In this document: piece after piece, positions 51,457 through 61,369 of the stretch
Layout of the letters: the number at the start of each line of letters is the position of its first letter
Position numbering within the stretch: position 1 is the stretch's first letter
NCBI GenBank assembly: GCA_963716255.1
Contig: OY970303.1
Coordinates: 1,632,001 to 1,696,000, forward strand
DNA length: 64,000 nucleotides
Direction of reading: 5' to 3'
Origin: an uncultured Gemmatimonadales bacterium
GTDB taxonomy: Bacteria; Gemmatimonadota; Gemmatimonadetes; Longimicrobiales; Longimicrobiaceae
Notes under the pieces: model-generated
Databases searched by the model: none
What the model was told of the DNA's origin: nothing
What the model saw: the letters and a program-made list of their open reading frames with translations, nothing else
Translations under genes and position numbers: made by a program

Positions 51457-53780
51457 ACGACAGCGCGATGCCCACGACCCGCAGATACGCCCGCCGGGCG
51501 CTCCTCCTCGCCGCCGTGGCGGCGGCGCTCCCGGGGTGCGCCGCCCGCCTGCCGGCGCAGCAGCAGCCGCCGCGCGCCGAGCGCGAGTCCGCCCTGCTGG
51601 CCCCCGCGCGCATCGCCGCGCTCACCGCCGCCGAGCGGCAGGCGTGGGAGCGCTACCTGGACGTCTCGCGCAGGCAGGCGCAGGCGGACCGCGACGCCAT
51701 GGCCGCCGAGCTGCGCGCCGCGGGGCTGGAAAAGGCGACCCCGGCGCCGCACGCCGACGGCTTCGGCATCGAGCCGCGCATGACCCCGGAGTGGTTCCGG
51801 GGCGACGAGGCGGGCCGCGTCGCCGACGCCATCATCTCCTTCCAGACGCCGGCCGGAGGGTGGTCCAAGCGCATGGAGTTCACCCGCCCGCGCCGCCCCG
51901 GCGAGAGCTGGGCGAGCGAGGGGAACTGGAGCTGGGTGGGCACCTTCGACAACGGCGCCACCACGTCGCAGCTCCGTTTCCTGGCGGGGGTGATGAACGC
52001 CGGCGGCGACGAGCGCCACCGGGAGTCGTTCCGGCGGGGGCTGGAGTACGTGCTCCGGGCGCAGTTCCCCACCGGGTGCTGGCCGCAGGTGTACCCGCTG
52101 GTGGGCTCGTACCACGACGCGGCCACCTTCAACGACGACGCCGTCGTCAACGTCCTCCGCCTCCTCCAGGACGTGGCCGCCGGAAAGGTGGCCGGGGTGG
52201 GCGAGGCGCAGCGGGGCCGGGCGGCGGCGAGCCTGCGGCGCGGCGTGGAGTGCGTCCTGGCGAGCCAGGTGGCGGTGGACGGGCGCCGCACCGCCTGGGG
52301 CCAGCAGCACGACCCGCTGACGCTGGAGCCGGTGGGCGCGCGCGCCTACGAGCACCGCTCGCTCGCCGGGCGCGAGAGCGCCGCCGTCGCGGACCTGCTG
52401 ATGCGGCTGGAGCCGGGCGACGCACGCGTGGCGGCGGCGGTGCGGGCCGCGGTGCAGTGGTTCCGCGACACCGCCGTGTACGGCTACGAGTACGCGGTCC
52501 GGGGCGGGCTGACGCCCAGGCCCGGGGCCGGGCCCCTGTGGGCGCGCTTCTACGAGATCGGCACCAACCGGCCCATGTTCAGCAACCGCGACGGGGTGGT
52601 GCGCTACGCATTCGCCGAGCTGGAGGAGGAGCGCCGCACCGGCTACGCCTGGTACACCGACGAGCCGGCGACCACGCTGCGCCGCTACGAAGCGTGGGCG
52701 CGCCGCCAGGCCGCCGCCGGGGCCGCGGCGTCCGCCCGCCCCGCCGCGCGGGCGCCCTCCGCCGTGGTGGACGCGGCGCACCGCGGCGCCGACGGCGCCC
52801 CGGTGCGCGGGGTGCGCGTCTTCCGCAGCATCGGGGCGGCGCTGGCCGCGGCGCCGGCGCCCGTGCCGGGCGGCGCGCCGTACGTGGTGTCCGTGCGCGA
52901 CGGGCGCTACCGCGAGAAGCTGAGCGTGGACCGCCCCGACGTGCACCTGGTCGGCCAGAGCCGCGAAGGCACGGTGCTCACCTACGACGCGGCGGCGGGA
53001 ATGCGCTCCCCCGGCGGGTGGACGTACGGCACGCGCGGGAGCTGGACGCTGCGGGTGGCCGCGCCGGGGTTCCGCCTGGAGCGCATGACGGTGGAGAACG
53101 CCTTCGACTACATGGGCAACGCGGCGAAGGCCGAGGGCGACTCCACCCGCGTCGACGGCGCCCAGGCGGTGGCGGTGATGCTGGAGGAGGGGAGCGACCG
53201 CGCCGAGTTCCGCGACTGCCGCCTCGCCGGCCACCAGGACACCCTGTTCCCCAACGCCGGCCGCAGCCACTTCCTGCGCTGCACCGTGCTGGGGAGCGTG
53301 GACTTCATCTTCGGGGCGGGGACCGCGCTGTTCGAGGACTCGGACATCGTCTCGCGCGACCGGGGCAGCGCGACGAGCAACGGCTTCGTCACCGCGCCCA
53401 GCACCCCGCTGTCGCAGCCGTACGGCTTCGTGTTCCTGCGCAGCCGGCTCAGGAAGGAAACGCCCGGGATGGCGCCGAATTCCGTCACGCTGGGGCGGCC
53501 GTGGCACCCCTCCGGGAACCCCGGCGCGGTGGGGAGCGCGGTGTTCATCGACACCTGGATGGACGACCACGTGGGCGCCCGGGGGTGGGACCCCATGAAC
53601 AGCACCGACGCGGCCGGGAACCGGGTGGTGAACCGCCCCGAGGACGCGCGCTTCTACGAATTCGGCAGCACCGGGCCCGGCGCCGTCGCCAGCTCCTCGC
53701 GCAGGGTGTTGAGCGAGGGTGAGGCGCGCGGCACCTTTGCCCTTGAAAAGGTGCTGGGTGGGTGGACGCCTGTCCGCTGA
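51453..53780 (+). CDS. Pectate lyase PL10 (PelA-type) fused to pectin methylesterase CE8, lipoprotein
   Basis: PL10: GGWSK, TFDNGAT, WPQVYP, TFNDDA, AWGQQHD, ARAYE, WARFYE. CE8: QAVA, GHQDTL, VDFIFG, LGRPW. Lipobox LPGC. Confidence 0.9.
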   Translation: MNDSAMPTTRRYARRALLLAAVAAALPGCAARLPAQQQPPRAERESALLAPARIAALTAAERQAWERYLDVSRRQAQADRDAMAAELRAAGLEKATPAPHADGFGIEPRMTPEWFRGDEAGRVADAIISFQTPAGGWSKRMEFTRPRRPGESWASEGNWSWVGTFDNGATTSQLRFLAGVMNAGGDERHRESFRRGLEYVLRAQFPTGCWPQVYPLVGSYHDAATFNDDAVVNVLRLLQDVAAGKVAGVGEAQRGRAAASLRRGVECVLASQVAVDGRRTAWGQQHDPLTLEPVGARAYEHRSLAGRESAAVADLLMRLEPGDARVAAAVRAAVQWFRDTAVYGYEYAVRGGLTPRPGAGPLWARFYEIGTNRPMFSNRDGVVRYAFAELEEERRTGYAWYTDEPATTLRRYEAWARRQAAAGAAASARPAARAPSAVVDAAHRGADGAPVRGVRVFRSIGAALAAAPAPVPGGAPYVVSVRDGRYREKLSVDRPDVHLVGQSREGTVLTYDAAAGMRSPGGWTYGTRGSWTLRVAAPGFRLERMTVENAFDYMGNAAKAEGDSTRVDGAQAVAVMLEEGSDRAEFRDCRLAGHQDTLFPNAGRSHFLRCTVLGSVDFIFGAGTALFEDSDIVSRDRGSATSNGFVTAPSTPLSQPYGFVFLRSRLRKETPGMAPNSVTLGRPWHPSGNPGAVGSAVFIDTWMDDHVGARGWDPMNSTDAAGNRVVNRPEDARFYEFGSTGPGAVASSSRRVLSEGEARGTFALEKVLGGWTPVR

Positions 53781-53799
53781 TCCGGTCGAAGCAGGATTC

Positions 53800-54092
53800 G
53801 GGCGTGCCCCCGGCTGGCGCCGGGGTCGGGCTTCGGCTCCGTAGGCGAGCAAACAACGCTCGCCAACGGAGTCGAGCCCCGGCAAACTGCCGCCGGGTCT
53901 CGCCCCTTCGGGCCGAAATCCCTCACGCGACGGCAGGCCCCCTCCCCCCGGCCCCCTCCCCCGCAAGCGGGAGAGGGGGAGAACTGCCTGCGCTGCCTGT
54001 AGTTGCCCCGTCTCCCAGAATGGCGCTTCACGCTTCGCGTGAACCGGATGAAGGGAGGGGGTGGCAAGCCTCGAGCGAGCCGGGTGAGGGCC
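53800..54092 (+). repeat. Composite intergenic repeat copy 7 (A at 53800-53929, B, reverse C)
   Basis: Same modules. Confidence 0.9.
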
Positions 54093-54198
54093 CTTGCCGA
54101 CGGAAAGTGGTTGCTCGCGAGGGGGTTACGGGCGGGCGGCGGAGAGTGGACGAAGGTATTGCGCGCCCGGAACGCCCGCACTAGATTCGACCCCGCCT

Positions 54199-54346
54199 TT
54201 CGTTCTTAAGAAGAACAATATCCGCGCTGATCCGTCCGGCGGCGCTTTCCCGTCCGGATTCCCGGTTCGTTCCCAGGCCTGCCCGCCGATCGCCGTTCCC
54301 GGCCGCGGGCCTTTTCGTCGGGCAATTTGTACGCACTACGTCCAAA
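54199..54346. promoter_or_regulatory. Two operator-like sites (54199-54219 TTCGTTC-N7-GAACAAT; 54326-54346 TTTGTAC-N7-GTCCAAA) upstream of the second SusC-like gene
   Basis: Same 7-7-7 palindrome architecture in an AT-richer promoter region. Confidence 0.6.
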
Positions 54347-54462
54347 TTAGCACCGTTGCCAGTTCCCCCGGCGGTCCGGGCGCTCGCCGCGCCCCCGCCG
54401 GCAGCCGATCCGGCTGCAGCGTCCCCACCCGACCCATGGGTCACACCTTCCGGAGAGTCCAG

Positions 54463-57400
54463 ATGAAATGGACAGCCAGGCTCCTCTGTCTCCTCGCGCT
54501 CAGCCTGCTCCCGGCGGCGGCGCGCGCCCAGTCCGGCGGGCGGATCACCGGCACGGTGACCGAGGGCCCCACGGCGCGGCCGCTCGTCGGCGTGACGGTG
54601 ACCGTCGCGGGGACGCAGGCCAGCGCGGTCACCGCCGCGGACGGCCGCTACACCCTCGCCAACGTCCCCGCGGGCGCCGCGCGCGTGCGCGCCGCCATGA
54701 TCGGCTACGCGGCGCAGGAGCAGGCGGTCACGGTCGCGGCCGGCCAGTCCGCCACCGCCGACTTCACCCTGCAGGCAGAGGCGATCTCGCTGGAGGGGCT
54801 GGTCGCGGTGGGCTACGGGACGCAGCGCCGGCGTGACCTGACCGGGGCCGTCGCCACGGTGAACACCGAGGCGCTGCGGGAGCAGCCCATCACCTCCATC
54901 GACCAGATGCTGCAGGGCACCGCCCCGGGCGTCCAGGTCTCCACCGCGTCCAGCGCGCCGGGCGGCGGCATCTCCATCCGCGTCCGCGGCGGGACCTCGG
55001 TGTCGGAAGGGGTCAGCAACGAGCCGCTGTACGTCATCGACGGCTTCCCCATCGAGGTGGACTACACGCTGGACAACAACCGGCTGAGCGGCGGGCGCGG
55101 CACGGGGCTCAGCGTCCCCACCAACCCGCTGACCTCGCTGAACCCGCGCGACATCGAGTCCATCCAGGTCCTCAAGGACGCCTCGTCCACGGCCATCTAC
55201 GGCGCCCGCGCCGCCAACGGCGTGGTGCTCATCACCACCCGGCAGGGGCAGTCCGGCGCGCCGCGCGTCAACTTCGAGGCGTCCACCGGCCTGCAGGCCG
55301 TTTCCCGGCGCTACGACCTGCTCGACGGGCCGGAGTTCGCGCAGTTCGCCAACGACTGGGCCGCCAGCCAGGAGCTGGACCCCGTCTTCGCGGACCCCGG
55401 CGCGGTGAGCAGCACCGACTGGCAGGACCTGATCTTCCGCAGCGCCCCCATCCAGAGCTACCAGCTGTCGCTCAGCGGCGGGAGCAGCGGCGACAACGCC
55501 ACGCGCTACGCGGTCTCGGGCGGGTACTTCGACCAGCAGGGCGTGGTCATCGGCTCGCAGTTCCAGCGCAGCTCGCTCCGCCTCAACCTCACGCAGGACG
55601 TCCGGGGCCGGCTGCGGCTGGGGACCACGCTCACCGGGAGCCGGGTGGAGACCGCCTTCGCGGCCACGGACGGCGCCGTGAACGGCGCCGACGCCTCGGC
55701 GGTGGCGGCGGCGCTGCAGTCCATCCCCACCATCCCGGTGCGCCGCGAGGACGGCAGCTACACCACCGTGGCGCTGGACGCGCCGGCGGCGCTGAACGTG
55801 GGCGCCAGCGACCTCCAGAACCCGGTGGCGGTGCTGGAAAACATGAGCGACGAGCTGGGCGACACGCGCATCCTCACCAACTCGTACGCCGAGTTCGAGA
55901 TCATGGACGGGCTGAAGCTGCGCAGCAGCCTGGGCGCCAACGTCACCAACCGGCAGCGCGACACCTACTGGCCGCGCGAGACCTTCCGCGGCCGGCAGGC
56001 CAACGGGCAGGCGATCCGCGGGCGCAACGAGACCACCTCCCTCCTCAACGAGAACACGCTCTCGTTCGACCGCACCTTCGGCGACCTGCACTCGCTGAAC
56101 GTGGTGGTGGGCTACACCCGCCAGCGGCAGGACAACACCAGCACCAGCATGCTCAACGAGCAGTTCCTGAGCGACGTGCTGGACTTCGAGGACATCGGCG
56201 GGGGGAACCGCTCGGGCGGGCCCGTGGTGAGCTCCGGCTCGTACCGCACCACCATGGCATCGTACCTGGGCCGGGTGAACTACAACCTGCTGGGCCGCTA
56301 CATCTTCACCGTCACCGGCCGCCGCGACGGCTCGTCCCGCTTCGGGCCGGAGCGCAAGTGGGGCTTCTTCCCCTCGGGCGCCGTCGCCTGGCGGGCCTCG
56401 GACGAGCCCTTCCTGCGCGGCGTGGCGGCGCTCAGCGAGCTCAAGCTGCGCGCCTCGTACGGCGCCGCCGGCAACGCGGCCATCAGCCCGTACCAGTCGC
56501 TGGCGACGCTGGGCGCCCGCACCACGCCCTTCGGGAGCGTGATCGCCCCGGGCTACCGGCAGACCCGGCTGGCCAACGAGGAGCTGGGGTGGGAGACCAC
56601 GCACCAGTTCGACGCGGGCGTGGACCTGGGGCTGATGGACAACCGGGTGACGCTCACGGCGGACTACTACAACCGCCGCACGGAGGACCTGCTCCTCCAG
56701 GTGCAGCTCCCCATGGAGACGGGCTTCCGCGAGGCGTTCCAGAACGCGGGGGCGGTGCAGAACCGCGGCATCGAGCTGGCCCTGGGCGTCAACGCGCTGC
56801 GCGGCGACGGCTTCGACACGCCGCGCTGGAGCAACAGCTTCAACTACTCCCGCAACCGCAACCGGGTGCTGGACCTGGGCCCGGTGGACATCCTCCGCGT
56901 GCGGGGCATCAGCGCCAACTTCAACTTCCCCGGCAGCAACGTCCGCGTGGGCGAGCCCATCGGCGTGTTCTACGGCTACAGGACCAGCGGCATGTTCCGC
57001 GACTCGGCGGAGGCGGCGGCCTACGGGGCCACCCTCCCCAACCGCCGCTTCACGGCGGGCGAGGCGCGGGTGCTGGACCTGAGCGGCCCCGAGGGCGTGC
57101 CGGACGGCGTGATCAACGAGCTGGACCTGACGCGCATCGGCGACCCCAACCCGGACTACAACCTGGGGTGGAACAGCACGCTGGGGTGGCGCGGCTTCGA
57201 GCTGTCCACGCTGCTCAGCGGGTCGTTCGGCGCGGACGTGCTCAACCTCAACCTGATCCGCGTGGAAAGCGGCGCGCCCTCCACCAACATCACCCGCGAC
57301 CGCTTCTACGACGCCTGGACGCCGGAGAACCCGGACGCCAGGTACCCGCGGATCGGCGTGTCGTCGCAGTCCATCGGCTCCAACTACGTGGACACCATGC

Positions 57401-57654
57401 TGGAGGACGGGTCGTACCTGCGCCTCAGCAGCGTGACGCTGGCCTTCAACCTCCCGGAAAGCTGGGTGCGCGGGCGCGGCTTCCGCGAAACGCGGGTGTT
57501 CGTGACCGGCGGCAACCTGGTCACCTGGTCGGACTACAGCGGCTTCAACCCGGACGTCAGCAGCACGGGGATCGGCAACATCAACCGCGGGGTCGACGTG
57601 GGGGCGTACCCGCTCGCCCGCACGGTGACCGTCGGCGTGAACATCGGCTACTAG
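54463..57654 (+). CDS. SusC/RagA family TonB-dependent transporter (copy 2)
   Basis: GGAGAG RBS, signal peptide, LKDASSTAIYGARAANGVVLITT, LGWETT, LEDGSYLRL. Confidence 0.95.
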   Translation: MKWTARLLCLLALSLLPAAARAQSGGRITGTVTEGPTARPLVGVTVTVAGTQASAVTAADGRYTLANVPAGAARVRAAMIGYAAQEQAVTVAAGQSATADFTLQAEAISLEGLVAVGYGTQRRRDLTGAVATVNTEALREQPITSIDQMLQGTAPGVQVSTASSAPGGGISIRVRGGTSVSEGVSNEPLYVIDGFPIEVDYTLDNNRLSGGRGTGLSVPTNPLTSLNPRDIESIQVLKDASSTAIYGARAANGVVLITTRQGQSGAPRVNFEASTGLQAVSRRYDLLDGPEFAQFANDWAASQELDPVFADPGAVSSTDWQDLIFRSAPIQSYQLSLSGGSSGDNATRYAVSGGYFDQQGVVIGSQFQRSSLRLNLTQDVRGRLRLGTTLTGSRVETAFAATDGAVNGADASAVAAALQSIPTIPVRREDGSYTTVALDAPAALNVGASDLQNPVAVLENMSDELGDTRILTNSYAEFEIMDGLKLRSSLGANVTNRQRDTYWPRETFRGRQANGQAIRGRNETTSLLNENTLSFDRTFGDLHSLNVVVGYTRQRQDNTSTSMLNEQFLSDVLDFEDIGGGNRSGGPVVSSGSYRTTMASYLGRVNYNLLGRYIFTVTGRRDGSSRFGPERKWGFFPSGAVAWRASDEPFLRGVAALSELKLRASYGAAGNAAISPYQSLATLGARTTPFGSVIAPGYRQTRLANEELGWETTHQFDAGVDLGLMDNRVTLTADYYNRRTEDLLLQVQLPMETGFREAFQNAGAVQNRGIELALGVNALRGDGFDTPRWSNSFNYSRNRNRVLDLGPVDILRVRGISANFNFPGSNVRVGEPIGVFYGYRTSGMFRDSAEAAAYGATLPNRRFTAGEARVLDLSGPEGVPDGVINELDLTRIGDPNPDYNLGWNSTLGWRGFELSTLLSGSFGADVLNLNLIRVESGAPSTNITRDRFYDAWTPENPDARYPRIGVSSQSIGSNYVDTMLEDGSYLRLSSVTLAFNLPESWVRGRGFRETRVFVTGGNLVTWSDYSGFNPDVSSTGIGNINRGVDVGAYPLARTVTVGVNIGY

Positions 57655-57670
57655 GGACGAGGGCACACAC

Positions 57671-59308
57671 ATGATCAGAAGACACGTAGCCGCCGTGCTC
57701 GCCGCCCTGGTGCTGGCGACGTCGGCCTGCGACGACGACGGATTCCTCACCGAGGTCCCCAGGGACTTCGTGGGGCCGGAGAACTTCTTCCGCAACGCGG
57801 ACGACGCGGTCGCGGCGGTCAACGGGGTGTACGCCGGCTTCATCTCCCCGCTGAACTGCGGCAGCGACGACTACTACGGCCGCAACCTCCTCATGCTGGT
57901 GGAGTACCCGGGCGAGGCGCTGACCTCGCGCTACGGGGCCACGCACGACCGCGGCGGGATCGACGCCTTCAACATCACCGTGGAGCACCCGTACCTGGCG
58001 ACAACCTGGCTGTGCGCCTACTCGTCCATCGGGAGCGCCAACCTGGTGGTCGCCAAGGTCCCCGGCATCGCCGGCATGGACGCGGCGCTGCGCGACCGGG
58101 TGGTGGCGGAAGCGCGCTTCCTGCGCGCCGTCCACTACTTCAACCTGGTGCGCCTGTTCGGCGACGTGCCGCTGCGCCTGGAGCCGGTGACGGAGGTGGG
58201 CAACCTGGCACTGCCGCGCGCCCCGGCGGCGGAGGTGTACCGGGCGATCATCGCGGACCTGGAGTTCGCGGCGGAAAAGCTCCCGGCGTCGTACACGGGC
58301 GTGGCCGGGGCCAACACCGGCCGGGCGACCCGGGGCGCGGCGCAGACGCTGCTCGCAAAGGTGCACCTCCAGTTCGGCGCGGTGCACGGGGGCGGGGCGG
58401 CGTCGTTCAACGCGGCGGCGGCGCTGCTGCGGCAGGTGGTGTCCAGCGGCCGCTACCAGCTGCTCCCGGACTTCGCCAGCGTGTTCGCGCTGAACAACGA
58501 GATGAACGCGGAGGTGGTTTTCGCGGCGCAGCTCACCCGCGTGTCGGGGCTGGGCGGGCGCATCGGGCAGCACGTGGCGCCCATCGGCTCGGGGCTCTCG
58601 GGGGTGCAGCCGGGCGGCATCTCCTTCTACCCGGAGTGGCCTTTCTACCGCGACTGGAACGCGGCGGACCGGCGCAAGGCGGGCACCTTCATGACGGAGT
58701 ACACGCACCCCACGCTGGGGCTGCTCCGCTGGTCGCGCCCCATGACGGGGACCAGCGCGCAGGTCACCACCGCCCTCAACAACCTGGGCACGCCGGGCGG
58801 CGGCCCCTGGCTGCGCAAGTCGCTGGACCCGCAGGCGGTCTCCGGCGCGGGCGACGAGAACGACATCATCCTGCTGCGCTACGCCGACGTGCTGCTGATG
58901 CTCGCCGAGGCGGTCAACGAGGCGTCCGGCCCCACGGCCGAGGCGTACACCGCGGTGAACGCGGTGCGGGCGCGCGCCGGGCTGGCCGCGCTGCCGGCGG
59001 GGCTCAGCCAGCAGGCGCTGCGCGAGGCGGTGCAGGTGGAGCGCCGCTACGAGTTCGTGCTGGAGGGCCACGTCTACTTCGACATGCAGCGCCACTGGGC
59101 GTGGTCCAAGGCGCGCGTGGAAGCCAACATCCAGGCCGGCAAGACGGTGGCGCTGGGCGGCCAGAACCTGAACGCCACGCCGTGGGGGAACAGCGTCCCC
59201 AAGGTGGGGATCAGCGCCGGCGTGGTGGAGGACAGGTACCGCTTCTTCCCCATCCCCTCCTCGGCGCGCTCCACCAACCCCGAGCTGACGCAGAACCCGG
59301 GCTGGTGA
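57671..59308 (+). CDS. SusD/RagB family lipoprotein (copy 2)
   Basis: Lipobox TSAC, EARFLRAVHYFNLVRLFGDVP, RYADVLLMLAEA, QNPGW. Confidence 0.95.
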   Translation: MIRRHVAAVLAALVLATSACDDDGFLTEVPRDFVGPENFFRNADDAVAAVNGVYAGFISPLNCGSDDYYGRNLLMLVEYPGEALTSRYGATHDRGGIDAFNITVEHPYLATTWLCAYSSIGSANLVVAKVPGIAGMDAALRDRVVAEARFLRAVHYFNLVRLFGDVPLRLEPVTEVGNLALPRAPAAEVYRAIIADLEFAAEKLPASYTGVAGANTGRATRGAAQTLLAKVHLQFGAVHGGGAASFNAAAALLRQVVSSGRYQLLPDFASVFALNNEMNAEVVFAAQLTRVSGLGGRIGQHVAPIGSGLSGVQPGGISFYPEWPFYRDWNAADRRKAGTFMTEYTHPTLGLLRWSRPMTGTSAQVTTALNNLGTPGGGPWLRKSLDPQAVSGAGDENDIILLRYADVLLMLAEAVNEASGPTAEAYTAVNAVRARAGLAALPAGLSQQALREAVQVERRYEFVLEGHVYFDMQRHWAWSKARVEANIQAGKTVALGGQNLNATPWGNSVPKVGISAGVVEDRYRFFPIPSSARSTNPELTQNPGW

Positions 59309-59333
59309 GGCGGACCGGCAGGCGATGTGGAGA

Positions 59334-59365
59334 AGGGGCGCTTCCTCGGCGAGGAAGCGCCCCCT
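59334..59365. terminator. GC-rich hairpin after susD-like 2
   Basis: GGGGCGCTTCCTC-GGC-GAGGAAGCGCCCC, 13-bp perfect stem, no clear U tract. Confidence 0.5.
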
Positions 59366-59420
59366 CTGCGTTGGATGAACGGCGGTCGCTCCGGCTGGGC
59401 TCCGAGTATGGGGTCGGCCG

Positions 59421-59582
59421 GGGGAGGGGGCCGGGGGGAGGGGGCCTGCCGTCGCGTGAGGGATTTCGGCCCGAAGGGGCGAGACCCGCGGGCAGTTTCG
59501 CGGGGCTCGACTCCGTTGCAGACGGTCGTATCGTCTGCTACGGAGCCGAAGCCCGACCCCGGCGCCAGCCGGGGGCACGCCC
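59421..59582 (-). repeat. Composite intergenic repeat copy 8 (partial B plus reverse A at 59453-59582)
   Basis: Same modules, between convergent genes. Confidence 0.9.
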
Positions 59583-59606
59583 AACCCAGCAGTCAAATCC
59601 GCAAGA

Positions 59607-60827
59607 TCACGCCACACGCGGGGCCGCGAACTCACGGGCAAGCAGAAGCGCCGTCGCGCCGCGCAGGCGAGCAAGCCCGCCGGGAGACACCGGGACCACG
59701 GGCGTGGCCGCTGCGCCCGGCGTCAGCGAGCGCTCGCGCATGGCCCCGATCACCGTGTCGCCGATCAGGTCCCAGGCGGCCATGACCTCGCCGTCCAGGA
59801 AGATGCGCGCGGGGTTCAGCGCCATGACGATCCCGGCCAGCCCCATGCCCAGGCTGCGCGCCGTCTGCTGGAGGACTTCCGCGGCCCGGGCGTCGCCGGC
59901 GCGGGCGCGGACCACCAGGTCGGGGATGCTCATCCCGCTGCGCCGCAGCGTCTCGCGGTCGGCTTCCTCGGCGGGGTCCAGCCCCAGGTAGCGCCCCAGC
60001 GTCGCCAGGTTGGAGGTGTGCGCCTCCAGGCAGCCGCGCAGCCCGCACAGGCAGCGGGGGCCGTCCATGCTCAGCGGCAGGTGCCCGAACTCGCCCGCGG
60101 TGTCGCCGTGGCCGCGCAGCACCTGCCCGTCCACCACCACCCCCACCCCCACGCCGTCGGACACGGTGACGTAGGCGAAGTCGTCCACGCCGTCCACGCG
60201 CGACGGGTTGAGCCACATCTGCGCCAGCGCGCACGACACGGGGCCGTTCTCGATGAAGGCGCGCAGCCCGGTGCGGGCGGAAAGCATCTCGCGCAGCGGC
60301 ACGTCCTTCCACCCCAGCGCGGGCGAGTTGAGGACGCGCCCGGCGCGCCGGTCCACCATCCCCGGCACCACCAGCCCGATCCCCTCGCACCCGCCCTCCG
60401 CGCCGTGGACCTCCAGCAGGTCGCGCACGCGCTCGGCGAGGCGCTCCACCAGCTCGGCGGGGTCGGCGGGGGTGGGGAGGGTGTCCATGGCGATCTGGTT
60501 GCCGCTGAGGTCGGCGAGCACCACGTAGGTGCGGCTGAAGCGGACGTCGATCGCCACCGCCAGGCGGCCCTCGGTGCGCACGTGCAGCATGGTGGGGCGC
60601 CGGCCGCGCGGGGCGGTGGCGTGCTTTCCCTCGTAGATGCTGCCGCTGCGCAGCAGCTCGTCCACCAGCCGGGTGACGGTGCCGCGGGTCACGTCCATCA
60701 CGCGGGCCAGCTCGGCGCGGGAGATGGGCTGGTGCTCGCGGATCAGGTTCAGGACGATCTTCTCGTTGATCTGGCGCGGAGTGGAGCGCGTCGCGCGCTG
60801 GAAGCGCTGGGGGTTGATCTTCCGCAT
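59607..60827 (-). CDS. ROK family transcriptional regulator (copy 2)
   Basis: MRKINPQRFQRATRST, PISRAELAR, AGEFGH...CLCGLRGCLE. Clear paralogue of 34139..35359. Confidence 0.93.
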   Translation of the reverse strand: MRKINPQRFQRATRSTPRQINEKIVLNLIREHQPISRAELARVMDVTRGTVTRLVDELLRSGSIYEGKHATAPRGRRPTMLHVRTEGRLAVAIDVRFSRTYVVLADLSGNQIAMDTLPTPADPAELVERLAERVRDLLEVHGAEGGCEGIGLVVPGMVDRRAGRVLNSPALGWKDVPLREMLSARTGLRAFIENGPVSCALAQMWLNPSRVDGVDDFAYVTVSDGVGVGVVVDGQVLRGHGDTAGEFGHLPLSMDGPRCLCGLRGCLEAHTSNLATLGRYLGLDPAEEADRETLRRSGMSIPDLVVRARAGDARAAEVLQQTARSLGMGLAGIVMALNPARIFLDGEVMAAWDLIGDTVIGAMRERSLTPGAAATPVVPVSPGGLARLRGATALLLAREFAAPRVA

Positions 60828-60971
60828 CGGCCGAGAGCCTTCCTGTGTGCTGGACGGACAGCCGCGGTCCGGCGGACGCGCCGGTGCCGGTCCCGCCGGC
60901 TGGTACTCAAGTCGCAATCTAATGCATCCCTGAACAAAGTAAACTGTCCACGAAAAAATTTCTTGGGATCT

Positions 60972-60992
60972 ATAGTTCCCCACTGCAACAAA
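60972..60992. promoter_or_regulatory. Operator-like site ATAGTTC-N7-CAACAAA upstream of ROK copy 2
   Basis: Degenerate match in an AT-rich promoter region. Confidence 0.45.
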
Positions 60993-61077
60993 CGAGTAAA
61001 TCAAAGTCACGGGGCGGTCAGCACCACCGATTCCGCGGTCCCGGGGGCGTTGCGCACGCGAAGTGGAGGCGGGGACG

Positions 61078-61114
61078 AAAAAAAGCCCGGAAAGGCGATT
61101 CCGCCTTCCCGGGC
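61078..61114 (-). terminator. Rho-independent terminator
   Basis: On the minus strand, a GCCCGGGAAGGCG-GAAT-CGCCTTTCCGGGC stem-loop followed by 7 T, downstream of the small ORF 61163..61369. Confidence 0.75.
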
Positions 61115-61162
61115 CCCGTGCGTTCGCGCGGTCCCGTGCCGGGACCACGACTGCCCCCACCG

Positions 61163-61369
61163 CTACGCGACCGGCGCGCCAACCTCCACGGGCACTTCGG
61201 CCGTCGCGACGCCCGCGCGGGCGGCAGCGCCGTCGCGCTCGCCCTTCATCCGCGACTGGCGCGTGTACTGGTCCTCCATGGCGGAGGCGAGGCGGTCCCA
61301 CAGGCTGCGGGACCGGCCTTCGGACGCGCGCTGGAAAGCCTCTTCGTACGCCTGCTTGTTTCCGCTCAT
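61163..61369 (-). CDS. Small hypothetical protein (68 aa)
   Basis: GGAG RBS before ATG 61369, GC3-biased codons, followed by its own terminator. Confidence 0.6.
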   Translation of the reverse strand: MSGNKQAYEEAFQRASEGRSRSLWDRLASAMEDQYTRQSRMKGERDGAAARAGVATAEVPVEVGAPVA

